The notes beneath the pieces were generated by a model. The model worked only from the letters and a program-made list of their open reading frames with translations, did not search any database and was not told the origin of the DNA. Shown piece by piece: positions 29,018 through 38,548 of a stretch of 64,000 nucleotides of DNA. The stretch spans positions 1,120,001-1,184,000 of the forward strand of contig CALSNU010000001.1 of the NCBI GenBank assembly GCA_943787795.1, written 5' to 3'. Both the position numbers and the translations under genes were made by a program. The first letter of the stretch is position 1, and each line of letters starts with the position of its first letter. The DNA comes from an uncultured bacterium (GTDB lineage: Bacteria > Planctomycetota > UBA1135 > GCA-002686595).

Positions 29018-30217
29018 TCAGGCTCGGACGCCCGCGGACCGGGCGGCCTGTTCGAGGGCCTGGGCCACGTCGATGAGCAGGTCGTCGACGTTCTCGATGC
29101 CCACCGACAGCCTCACCAGTCCATCCGCGAGGCCAGCGGCGCGGCGAACCTCCGCCGGGATCGACGCGTGCGTCATGGACGGGGGGACCTCCACGAGAGA
29201 CTCCACGCCGCCAAGAGACTCGGCCAGGGTGAAGATCTTTGTGGCGGTGGCGAAGGCATTAGCGGCCTCGACGCCCCCCTTCAACTCGAAGGACACCATG
29301 CCTCCCGGCTGAGACATCTGGCGCTGGGCGATCGTGAGCTGCGGGTGATCGGGCAGGCCCGGATAGATCACGCGGTCCACCAGTTCATGCTCGGAGAGCG
29401 CCTCGGCGACGGCCTGGGCGTTGGAGCAGTGTCGGTCCATGCGGACGCCAAGGGTCTTCGTACCGCGTAGCACGAGGAAGGCGTCGAGCGGTGCGAGGCA
29501 TCCGCCGACCGCGTTTTGATAGAACGCGAGCTCCTCGCGGGTCTTCTCGTCGCGCCCGATCAGGGCGCCACCAATCAGGTCCGAGTGACCGCCGAGGTAC
29601 TTCGACAGCGAATGGAGGACGATATCCGCGCCGTGCTCAAGGGGGCGCTGGAGGTAGGGGGTCGCGAAGGTGTTGTCGACCACCAGCTGCGCGCCGCCAG
29701 CGTGGGCGATCTCCGCGGCAGCGGCGATGTCCGTCAGGCGCAGGAGCGGGTTCGAAGGGGTCTCGACGTAGACGTATCGAGTGTTCGACTTCATCGCCGC
29801 CTGGATGTTCGCGGCATCGGTGGTATCGACGAAGCTGAACTCGACTCCGTAGCGCTCGAAGACCTTGGTGAAGATGCGGTAGGTGCCGCCGTAGAGGTCA
29901 TTGCCCGCCACCACGTGATCCCCAGGATTCATCCGATCCATCAGGGCGTTCGTTGACGCGAGGCCCGACGCATAGCAGAGCCCCCAGTCGCCGCCCTCGA
30001 GGGAGGCCAGGTTGGCCTCGAGCGCCGTCCGGGTCGGGTTGGTCGTTCGCGAGTACTCGTACCCGTGGCGCGGGACCGCAGGGGCCTCCTGGGCGTAGGT
30101 GCTCGTCAGGTAGACGGGCGTCATCACGGCGCCATTGGTCGGGTCGGGCGACTGCCCGGCGTGGACCGCGCGGGTCTCGAACTTGGCGTCCTTGGGGATG
30201 TGATGCGAGTCAGTCAT
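29018..30217 (-). CDS. metB: Cystathionine gamma-synthase/lyase family PLP enzyme
   Basis: YSRTTNPT, LYGGT, ETPSNP, DNTF, SLSKYLGGHSD, SLGGVESL; synthase versus lyase not resolved. Confidence 0.9.
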   Translation of the reverse strand: MTDSHHIPKDAKFETRAVHAGQSPDPTNGAVMTPVYLTSTYAQEAPAVPRHGYEYSRTTNPTRTALEANLASLEGGDWGLCYASGLASTNALMDRMNPGDHVVAGNDLYGGTYRIFTKVFERYGVEFSFVDTTDAANIQAAMKSNTRYVYVETPSNPLLRLTDIAAAAEIAHAGGAQLVVDNTFATPYLQRPLEHGADIVLHSLSKYLGGHSDLIGGALIGRDEKTREELAFYQNAVGGCLAPLDAFLVLRGTKTLGVRMDRHCSNAQAVAEALSEHELVDRVIYPGLPDHPQLTIAQRQMSQPGGMVSFELKGGVEAANAFATATKIFTLAESLGGVESLVEVPPSMTHASIPAEVRRAAGLADGLVRLSVGIENVDDLLIDVAQALEQAARSAGVRA

Positions 30218-30553
30218 GGTGCTGGTGTTCCGGTCATCGGGCGCGATTATGGGGACGGAGTGTATCCGTTCAACGAGCCGTTCGACTCGCCGCTGCGCCG
30301 CTAGCTGACCCGGAGGGCAAAAGTGGTCCGTCCGGGACGCCCCCCGGAGGAGCGCTGGGCCTGCCGGCCCGGGCGTCGCCGACCGAGAGGGCCCCCGACT
30401 CCAGCGGCCAGCGCGCCAGAGGCCAGCACGCCAGCGGCCAGCACTCCAGCGGCCAGCACTCCGGGGTCCCGCGCTCTCAGGACATCAAGGTCCCAAGGCG
30501 CCGAGAGCCCCGAGGTCCGCGGGGCGCCGCCGTCCTCCAGGGTGCAGCCCGCC

Positions 30554-30842
30554 CCAGAGGCCACGTGAACCCAGAGGCCACGTGAACTCAGAGACCACGT
30601 GAACTCAGAGACCACGTGAACCCAGAGACCACGTGAACCCAGAGACCACGTGAACCCAGAGGCCACGTGAACCCAGAGACCACGTGAACCCAGAGACCAC
30701 GTGAACCCAGAGACCACGTGAACCCAGAGACCACGTGAACCCAGAGGCCACGTGAACCCAGAGGCCACGTGAACCCAGAGGCCGGATGAACCCAGAGGTC
30801 ACATAAACCCAGAGGTCACATGAACCCAAAGGCCACATGAAT
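30554..30842. repeat. 17-bp tandem repeat CCAGAGRCCACGTGAAC, 17 copies, no spacers
   Basis: Counted unit by unit; last four copies degenerate. Confidence 0.97.
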
Positions 30843-30959
30843 CCGGCTTCCAGACCAACTAAGAGGCCACGCTCTCTCCCGGGAACGACGCCTCGCTCGG
30901 TCGGACGACGTCGCCCCCGGTACCATGTCCAGCAGACCGCCAGGCGGCTCCAGCGAACG

Positions 30960-33038
30960 ATGACTTCCGACTCACCAGGCTCTGGATCGCTCTTCGCCGA
31001 GCGCGTGCTCGAGCTCGAGGGGGTGCTCTCCCTCATCGCCGAGCACGCCGTGAGCTCGCTCGGCCGGCGTCACATCGGGAGCCTCTCGCCGCGCGGAGAC
31101 GACGACGCCCGGGCGGCGCTCGTCCGCTGCGCCGAGATGGCAGCGCAGCTGGCCGCCGAGGACGCGCCCCCGATGGCCGGCGTCAGCGATCCGCTGCCCG
31201 AGGCGCCCGCCGGCCGGCTGACCGAGGACCGGATCGCGGCGCTGCGAGACTTTCTCGAGGCGAACCTGCGCCTGAAGAAGTGGGCCGCAGACCGCGAGGA
31301 AGTCGCGCCAGCGCTCGCGGCCCTGATGTCGGCGTCCCCCGAGACCTCCGCGCTCGTGGAGCGCATCGATCGGATCGTGGACGGGCGCGGCCGAGTGCGG
31401 GTGGAGGCGTCGGGGCGGCTCACCAACCTGCGTGACGCCATGTCCTCGGCGAGCGCGCGGATCGAGAGTCAGCTGAGGGTCGTGATGGCGCGCGGGGACG
31501 TCCGCGCCTCCCTGAGCGATGGCGGCGTCCACCGCCGAGCGGGGCGGCCTGTGCTGGCGGTCAAGGCCAAGATGTCAGGGCGGGTCAAGGGGCTCGTGCA
31601 TGACCGCTCGCAGACCGGCGAGTCGGTCTTCATCGAGCCCCAGGAGGTGGTCGAGCTCGGCAACCGGTTGGCCGAGGCACGCGCTGACGAGCGGCGCGAG
31701 GTGGAGCGCATCCTGGTGGAGCTCTCCCGCAATGTGCTCGCCGCGAGGTCGGTGATTGACGGCGCGTCGCAGCGTGTCGGGCAGCTGGAGGTGGCGCTCG
31801 CGAGCGCGATCTGGGCTGCCTCAGTGGGGGCCCGGCCGGCGCTCCTGCCCGGGGAAGAGGGCGCCTCCGAGGGGCTCCTGCTGCGGGGGGCGCGGCACCC
31901 GCTCCTGATTGATCAGGTGCAGCGTGGTGCGCTCGATGAGGTCGTGCCCATCGACCTCCGGCTCGGGGTGGACTTTGACATGCTGCTGATCACCGGACCG
32001 AACACCGGTGGCAAGACGCTGGCGCTGAAGACCGCCGGCTTGTTCGCGCTCATGTCACGCGTCGGGCTGCCCGTCCCCGCAGAGGACGGCACGACGATTC
32101 CCCTGTACGACGGCATCGCCGCGGACATCGGCGACGAGCAGGAGATCCGGCAGAACCTCTCGACGTTCGCGTCACACCTCGTGCGCGTCTCCGATGCCCT
32201 GCAGCGGGCCACGCCCGACACGCTCGTCCTGCTGGACGAGCTCGGAGGTGGGACAGACCCGGACGAGGGGGGGGCGCTTGGCACGGCTGTGCTGGAGCGC
32301 CTGCTGACCGCGCGGGTGCCCACGCTCGTCTCCACCCACATCGGCAAGCTCAAGGAGTTCGCCTACCGGCATGCGCGCGCGGAGAACGCCTGTGCGGAGT
32401 TCGATCACGAGACGCTCGCCCCGCGCTACCGGCTGATGCTCGGGACTCCTGGCGAGTCATGCGCGCTCGTCATCGCCCGACGCATCGGCCTCTCCGAGTC
32501 GGTGGTCGAGGTCGCGAGGGCGCGGCTGGAGCGGAGGGAGGGCGAGCTCGAGGACCTCATGAGCGATGTGCGCTCCGCGCGCATGGCGGCGGAGGAGACG
32601 CGCCTGGGCGCCGAGGCGGAGCTGGCGCGGGCGCGCGAGCGGAGCCGCGTGGTGGACGAGCGCGAGGCGGTGCTCGAGCGGCGCATCGACCAGCTGGAGC
32701 GGGAGGCGCAGAAGGGAATTGAGGAGCGCGTCCGTGACGCCGCGCGGACGCTGGAGCGCGGCCGGCGGCTGCTGGATCAGCTCCCGCCGGAGACCCGAAG
32801 GGAGATGGAGGAGACGCTGGACCAGCTGGAGGCGGAGCTGACCGGGGCGTCTCTCACGGAGCGCCGCGAGGCCTTCATCGCAGGGCTCGGAAAGGGCTCG
32901 CTGGTGTACCTGCCGCGCTATCGCCAGCGGGTCCTCGTGCACAAGATCGACCGGGAGCGGCGGCAGGTGGTCGCGAAGCTGGGGTCCATGAAGGTCAAGG
33001 TGTCCTTCGACGAGGTGACCCCGTACGAGAGCCTCTGA
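30960..33038 (+). CDS. mutS2: MutS2 (RqcU) family ATPase lacking the Smr domain
   Basis: ARHPLL, ITGPNTGGKT, DIGDEQ, LDELGGGTDP, coiled coil, KOW-like end. Confidence 0.95.
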   Translation: MTSDSPGSGSLFAERVLELEGVLSLIAEHAVSSLGRRHIGSLSPRGDDDARAALVRCAEMAAQLAAEDAPPMAGVSDPLPEAPAGRLTEDRIAALRDFLEANLRLKKWAADREEVAPALAALMSASPETSALVERIDRIVDGRGRVRVEASGRLTNLRDAMSSASARIESQLRVVMARGDVRASLSDGGVHRRAGRPVLAVKAKMSGRVKGLVHDRSQTGESVFIEPQEVVELGNRLAEARADERREVERILVELSRNVLAARSVIDGASQRVGQLEVALASAIWAASVGARPALLPGEEGASEGLLLRGARHPLLIDQVQRGALDEVVPIDLRLGVDFDMLLITGPNTGGKTLALKTAGLFALMSRVGLPVPAEDGTTIPLYDGIAADIGDEQEIRQNLSTFASHLVRVSDALQRATPDTLVLLDELGGGTDPDEGGALGTAVLERLLTARVPTLVSTHIGKLKEFAYRHARAENACAEFDHETLAPRYRLMLGTPGESCALVIARRIGLSESVVEVARARLERREGELEDLMSDVRSARMAAEETRLGAEAELARARERSRVVDEREAVLERRIDQLEREAQKGIEERVRDAARTLERGRRLLDQLPPETRREMEETLDQLEAELTGASLTERREAFIAGLGKGSLVYLPRYRQRVLVHKIDRERRQVVAKLGSMKVKVSFDEVTPYESL

Positions 33039-33121
33039 CGCTCGAGAGCCGTGGACCCACGCGGCCCGTTGACCCACGTCGCCTGCTGACCCACGAGAGC
33101 CCGCTGACCCACGAAAGCCTG
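33016..33121. repeat. About 18-bp degenerate repeat TGACCCACGAGAGCC, resembling the last codons of mutS2
   Basis: Gene end TGACCCCGTACGAGAGCC compared with copies at 33086 and 33104. Confidence 0.7.
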
Positions 33122-33277
33122 TCCGCACGGCGCCACCGGCGGCTCAGGTCGCCCAGCGGCGTGATCGAAGCCGCGATCGCCCCAATTCGATCCGGAACAC
33201 GGAGGGTCGCGCTGCGGTGAGGGTGCGGCCGGCCTTCGTGGGATCTGAGGCTGGCGGGCGGCGGTACACTTGGGTCC

Positions 33278-35560
33278 ATGCTTGCCTTGATGCTGGCCCT
33301 CGTCGTTGGAGACGGTTTCGATGAAGCCGCCCGCCCCTTCATCGAGGCGCACTGTCTTCGCTGCCACGGGGGAGCGTCGACCCAGGGGGATCTCGACCTC
33401 TCGACCGCGGATGCGAGCGCCCTGGCTCGGAGCCCGGAGGAGTGGGACTGGCTCCTCGAGCGCGTGGAGCTCGGTGAGATGCCGCCGCCAGGTGAGGCGG
33501 CCCCCTCGGCGCAGGAGCGGGAGCGCTTCAGCGCCTGGATGCGGACCCAGCTGGGGGCGTCCGGTGACGTCGTGGGCGACCTCCCAGAGGTTCCGCTCCG
33601 CCGCCTGACCGTGGCGGAGTACGCGGCGGCAGCCAGGGACCTCTTCGATGTGTCCATCGACGCCAAGCGCTACCTGCCGGAGGACGCCGTGGGGTTCGGC
33701 TTCGACCATGTCTCCGCGGCGCAGTCTCTCTCTGACCTGGACTTCAGGCGCTACCTGGAGGCGGCGGAGGCCGTCGCGGATCGGGCCCTGGCGGCCGACG
33801 AGCCGGGCCCTCCTCGGGTCCGTCGGTACGTCCCGTCGGATCTCACGGGCGGTGCGCCGAGGGGGCGCACCTACTGGCTCCATACCCGCGGGGTGGCGGG
33901 CGTACTTGCGCCGCTGCCGAGAGCGGGGGAGTACCTCGTTCGCGCGCAGGTGTGGGGGCAGCAGGCGGGGGACGAGGCCTGTGAGATCCGGCTCGTCCTC
34001 GGGGATCGCGGGAGGGGACGCGTGGAGGAGGCGCGAGGTCCACGCGCGGAGGCTGCCGAGGTCTTCGAGGCGCGGCTCCGCGTTGACGCGGGGGGTGATG
34101 TCCTCGCGGGCGTGGAGTTCCGAAACGACTTCTATCGTCCGGCGAAGGACGGCAAGCGCGCGGCCGATCGGAACCTCGCCGTCGACTGGGTGGAGGTGGT
34201 CGGGCCGCTGGACAAGGGCGGCTCGACGCGCCTCTGGACGCGCTGCTCCGAGCGCCTCGCGGAGGCCGATGACCCCGAGGAGGCCCTCGAGTCGCTGGTC
34301 GCGTCCCTGGCGGCGAACACCTGGCGGGTGGCGGCGGTCGAATCCGGGGACGTCAGGCGGCTCCTGAGCCTCTCCGATCAGGACGACGAGCCCCGAGCTC
34401 GGCTGCGGGCGGCGCTGGTCGGGCTGCTCGTGAGCCCCCGCTTCCTCTTCAAGCCCGAGGTCGGGACGGGGGAGGTGGACGCACGGCGGAGTCGGCGCCT
34501 CAGCGGACACGAGCTGGCCACGCGGCTCGCGGGGTTCCTCTGGAACGGGGTGCCGGACCGCGGGCTCCTCGAGGTCGCGCGGACGGGCGGCCTGAACACC
34601 GAGGATGGGGTCCTCCTTGTTGCCGAGGAGATGATCGCGGATGAGCGGGCGGACGCGCTCGTGCGGAGCTTCGGAGAGCAGTGGCTTCAGCTGCGTGTCC
34701 TGGCGACGAAGCGTCCGGATCGGCGCGCCTTCCCCGGATTCTCGACCCGGCTCCTCCGCTCCATGGTCGAGGAGACCGCTCGCGTCCTGCTGCGGTCCTT
34801 CAGGGAGGAGCGCAGCCTCTGGGAGCTGGTCGACGGGACGGAGACCGTGGTCGACCTGCGACTCGCGAAGCTCTACGGGCTGGACCGCGAGGATCGGCTG
34901 GAGAGCCTCGGAGGCGGGTGGTACGTGTCGGACCTCTCCCGCACGGAGCGCCGCGGCCTGCTCGGGCATGCCAGCGTGCTCTTCGCCACGAGCGAATCCA
35001 CGCGCTCCTCACCGGTGAAGCGCGGCAAGTGGGTCCTCGATGTCCTGCTGGGAAGCGCGCCGCCGCCGCCTCCCCCTGGAGTCGATGGGCTCGACGAGGC
35101 CGCGCCGGGAGAGGAGGGCCTCAGCTTCAAGGAGCGATTTGCCAGGCACCGAGCGGACCCCAACTGCGCCGCTTGCCACGCGCGGATGGACCCCCTGGGG
35201 TTCGGGCTGGAGGCGTACACCGCGATCGGGGCCCTGCGGGCGCCTGGGGATCCGCTCCGCCTGGAGGCCGCCGGAGAGCTCCCGGACGGGCGGACGTTCA
35301 CCGGACCTGCCGAGCTGGCGGCCGTCCTGCGCTCGGAAGACCGCTTCCTCGAGGCCTTCGTCGAGCGCATGTCCATCTACGGGCTCGGTCGCGCGCTCGA
35401 ACGCGGCGACCGGGCGCTGGTCGCGCAGATCATCGACGGATTGGAGCCTGGACGGCCAACGATGAAGCGTGTCATCCTCGGTGTCGTGGCCTCGGACGAG
35501 TTTCAGCGCATCAGCACAGGCGTTCAGACGCCGAGGGCTGCGGAGGTGGATGATGAGTGA
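33278..35560 (+). CDS. Planctomycete c-type cytochrome protein (DUF1587/1592/1588/1585) with CBM-like insert
   Basis: CLRCH, GEMPP, LRRLT, SPRFLF, SPVKRGKWVL, CAACH, DPLGFGLE. Confidence 0.92.
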   Translation: MLALMLALVVGDGFDEAARPFIEAHCLRCHGGASTQGDLDLSTADASALARSPEEWDWLLERVELGEMPPPGEAAPSAQERERFSAWMRTQLGASGDVVGDLPEVPLRRLTVAEYAAAARDLFDVSIDAKRYLPEDAVGFGFDHVSAAQSLSDLDFRRYLEAAEAVADRALAADEPGPPRVRRYVPSDLTGGAPRGRTYWLHTRGVAGVLAPLPRAGEYLVRAQVWGQQAGDEACEIRLVLGDRGRGRVEEARGPRAEAAEVFEARLRVDAGGDVLAGVEFRNDFYRPAKDGKRAADRNLAVDWVEVVGPLDKGGSTRLWTRCSERLAEADDPEEALESLVASLAANTWRVAAVESGDVRRLLSLSDQDDEPRARLRAALVGLLVSPRFLFKPEVGTGEVDARRSRRLSGHELATRLAGFLWNGVPDRGLLEVARTGGLNTEDGVLLVAEEMIADERADALVRSFGEQWLQLRVLATKRPDRRAFPGFSTRLLRSMVEETARVLLRSFREERSLWELVDGTETVVDLRLAKLYGLDREDRLESLGGGWYVSDLSRTERRGLLGHASVLFATSESTRSSPVKRGKWVLDVLLGSAPPPPPPGVDGLDEAAPGEEGLSFKERFARHRADPNCAACHARMDPLGFGLEAYTAIGALRAPGDPLRLEAAGELPDGRTFTGPAELAAVLRSEDRFLEAFVERMSIYGLGRALERGDRALVAQIIDGLEPGRPTMKRVILGVVASDEFQRISTGVQTPRAAEVDDE

Positions 35561-36971
35561 CCCGAGAACAGACCGGTCGATCGAGGAACTGGAGGGCAGG
35601 GGCCCGCGGGTCTCTCGGTCCGGCTTGCCCCGCCGCGCCGTCCTACGAGGGGCGGGGACCCTGGTCGCCCTGCCCTGGCTCGAGGCCATGGCGAGCGCCG
35701 GGGCGCCGCTTCGCTCCGCGCCGCGCACCCGTCGCCTGGTGTACGTCTACGCACCGAACGGCGTCCACGTGGGCCAGTGGAGAGAGCCCCTCGGCGGTGG
35801 AGAGGAAGGGCGCGCCAGAGGCGCGGCGCCCCTGGGCGAGCTCCCTCCGCTGCTCGCTCCCCTGGGTGGGGTCCGCCAGAACCTGCTCCTGTTGCGCGGC
35901 CTCACCCAGGACAAGGCGCGCGCCAACGGCGACGGGCCAGGTGACCACGCGCGCGCCGCGGCCGCCTATCTCACGGGGGTCCAGCCGCTCAAGACCGAGG
36001 GCCAGGTGCGCCTTGGAGAGTCCGCCGACCAGCGCGCCGCCCGCCTGATCGGTGAGCGGACGCGGGTCCGCGCCCTCGCTCTCGGGCTGGAGGCGGGTCG
36101 ACAATCGGGGCAGTGTGATTCCGGTTACGCCTGCGCCTACTCAGGCCACATCTCTTGGCAGTCCTCCACGACGCCTGCGGCGAAGGAGAGCGATCCGCAG
36201 CGGGTGTTTGATCGCCTCTTCCGCGGGGGCGATCCCGGGCGAAGCGCCGAGGCCCGCCAGCGGCGTGCCAACGAACGGCGCAGCGTGCTGGACTTCGTAC
36301 GCGAGGAGTCTCGTCGCCTCGAGCGGCGACTGGGCGCGGAGGATCGGGCCCGCGTGGATGAGTACGAGACGGGCCTTCGGGAGCTCGAGCGCCAGCTGTC
36401 GTTCGAAGGGGCCGCTCACGTGGGCGACGTCCCGGACAGCGCGCGACCTGAGCGTGGCCGACCTGGGTTCGCCGAGCAGGCGGACCTGATGGGGTCGCTG
36501 ATCCGCCTCGCCTTTGAGACCGACGTCACCCGCATCGCGACCCTCATGCTCGGGAATGAGGGCAGCTCAAGGAGGTACCCCGAGGTGGGGGCTCGCGAGG
36601 GGCACCACGCCCTGAGCCATCACAAGGGCGACCAGGGAAAGCTGAAGCAGATCGCCGCGATCAACGGCCTTCATATGGAGGCATTCGCGCGCTTTGTGAT
36701 GGGGCTGGAGGGAGCCAGGGACGGCGGCGGCTCCGTGCTGGATCGCTCGATGGTCGTCTTCGGGAGCGGGATCGCGGACGGGAACCGTCACGACCACCAT
36801 GACCTTCCCGTGGCCGTCGTCGCGGGCAAGAAGGTTGGGCTCGGCGGGGACCGCTCGGTGTCCTTCAAGCGCAACACGCCCCTGAACAACCTGCACCTGG
36901 CCCTGCTGGAGCGGTTGGGGGTCGAGGCCTCGCCCCTGGGCGACAGCACCGGCGTCCTCGCGCTCTCCTGA
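35553..36971 (+). CDS. DUF1552 (HXXSHH) protein with Tat-like RR signal
   Basis: RRAVLRG, LPWLEAM, GPGDHAR, CDSGYACAY, HHALSHH, GNRHDH. Confidence 0.93.
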   Translation: MSDPRTDRSIEELEGRGPRVSRSGLPRRAVLRGAGTLVALPWLEAMASAGAPLRSAPRTRRLVYVYAPNGVHVGQWREPLGGGEEGRARGAAPLGELPPLLAPLGGVRQNLLLLRGLTQDKARANGDGPGDHARAAAAYLTGVQPLKTEGQVRLGESADQRAARLIGERTRVRALALGLEAGRQSGQCDSGYACAYSGHISWQSSTTPAAKESDPQRVFDRLFRGGDPGRSAEARQRRANERRSVLDFVREESRRLERRLGAEDRARVDEYETGLRELERQLSFEGAAHVGDVPDSARPERGRPGFAEQADLMGSLIRLAFETDVTRIATLMLGNEGSSRRYPEVGAREGHHALSHHKGDQGKLKQIAAINGLHMEAFARFVMGLEGARDGGGSVLDRSMVVFGSGIADGNRHDHHDLPVAVVAGKKVGLGGDRSVSFKRNTPLNNLHLALLERLGVEASPLGDSTGVLALS

Positions 36972-37073
36972 CGCCGCCGGGTCGCGGGAGCCGCGAATCG
37001 CTCAAGCCGACCACCGAGGGGGCCGAAGAGTCCTGATGAGGGACCCTCCGCGTAGGCGCTGGGTCCGTTCGTC

Positions 37074-38240
37074 ATGATCCAGAACGCCGGCGGCCCCTTC
37101 TCACACGAGCCCGACTCGTTGCTCGCGCCCGTGGGCGACGTGGACGGGCACGGCCCCAGTCTGGACTCGCTCCCTGACCTGGACACGGTGCTCGTGCTGG
37201 GCGGCGGCGCGATGCGCGGAATGGCGCACATCGGCGTGCTCCGCGCCCTCGACGACCTCGGGATCAGCGTGGACGCGATCGTCGGCACGAGCATCGGCTC
37301 ATTGATCGGGGCGCTCTACGCCAGCTCCATGAGCCCCGCCGAGATGGGGGAGGTGCTCCCCGGGCTCGCCAAGGACGACTACTTCCGACTGAACTTCGCC
37401 AAGTTCCTCAGCCGCGGCATTCGCGCGCCGAGCATGTACAGCGGCGAGACCTTCCGGAAGAGCCTCGAGCGGCTGATCCCCTCGCGGAACTTCGACGAGC
37501 TGAACCTGCCCTTCTTCTGTAACTCGGTCTGTCTGGAGACCGGCGGCCCGGTCTTCTTCGGGACGCGCGGCTTCCGTGATATCCCGCTCATTCAGGCGAT
37601 CTACGGCTCCTGTGCCCTACCTGGCGTCTTCGAGCCCCTGTCCTGGAAGGGCCGCCACTTCATGGATGGCGGCATCACGGACGCCCTCCCACTGCGTTTC
37701 GCGAAGCTCCTCAAGCCGCGCCGGATCATCGCTATTGACCTCACCGTCAAGCCGAGCCACAAGGTGCCGAACTACCGCTCTCATGCGGTCTCGACTCTCT
37801 TCCGGGCCTTCGACATCGTCGAGAACGTGATCATGGAGCACTCCCTCCATGCCCAGGTCTCGGACGAGGTCTGCCTCGTCCAGCCCAAGATCCGGGACAT
37901 GGATCGGTTTGACTTTGAGCGGGTCCATGAGCTGGTCGAGGCTGGCTACCGTGAGGCCGTGCGAGCGGTCTCATCCCACCCGACCACCCGCGGCCTGGTG
38001 CGGAGCGACCTCCCGGACGGCGTGGCCTGCCCGGTGACCCCGCACGAGTACGTCAGCCTCCGCCTTGACCCTGCCGCGTGCATCGGTTGTGGCATCTGCG
38101 AGATGACCTGCGCGACCGGCGGTTTCGAAGCCCGCGGCGACACGGCCGTGGTGAAGAAGCCGTTCAACTACGACTGTACCCGGGATCAGTCGTGCGTCCG
38201 GGCCTGCCCAACAGGCGCGATCCGGCTCGGGAACCTCTGA
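37074..38240 (+). CDS. Patatin-like phospholipase fused to a C-terminal dicluster ferredoxin domain
   Basis: GGGAMRG, GTSIG, DGG; CIGCGICEMTC and CTRDQSCVRACP. Confidence 0.92.
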   Translation: MIQNAGGPFSHEPDSLLAPVGDVDGHGPSLDSLPDLDTVLVLGGGAMRGMAHIGVLRALDDLGISVDAIVGTSIGSLIGALYASSMSPAEMGEVLPGLAKDDYFRLNFAKFLSRGIRAPSMYSGETFRKSLERLIPSRNFDELNLPFFCNSVCLETGGPVFFGTRGFRDIPLIQAIYGSCALPGVFEPLSWKGRHFMDGGITDALPLRFAKLLKPRRIIAIDLTVKPSHKVPNYRSHAVSTLFRAFDIVENVIMEHSLHAQVSDEVCLVQPKIRDMDRFDFERVHELVEAGYREAVRAVSSHPTTRGLVRSDLPDGVACPVTPHEYVSLRLDPAACIGCGICEMTCATGGFEARGDTAVVKKPFNYDCTRDQSCVRACPTGAIRLGNL

Positions 38241-38548
38241 GTCGATGAGCGAGCGGGGGCCCCTCCGCCGCGCCCCGACGGGCTCTCCTCGCGGTGAGTG
38301 GTCGGCACCGAACGCGTGCCTCAGGAGCGGGTGGGGAGCCCTCTTCACGGAAGAAAGTTCCGGGTGAGCCGCACCGAATCAGGTGGTGGGGTGGAGGACT
38401 TCAACGGCGCCCGCCAACTTCTGCTCAAGGTCTGCCCCGGGAATGACTCGATAAGCGACGTAGAACGGCCCGCGCTCTGTCAGCGGCTGTTCACACCCAC
38501 CAAGTGTCTCGTTTCCCCGCTCGCGTCCGTCCAGTGGCGCTCAAGACC

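Noticed and set aside
28801..29076. ORF with repeated FERVDS/VERVDP peptide
   Set aside because: Translation of an 18-bp intergenic tandem repeat; it overlaps the metB end and has no other coding evidence.
30554..30842. Possible CRISPR array
   Set aside because: Units are contiguous with no unique spacers, 17 bp is too short, and no cas genes are present in the window.
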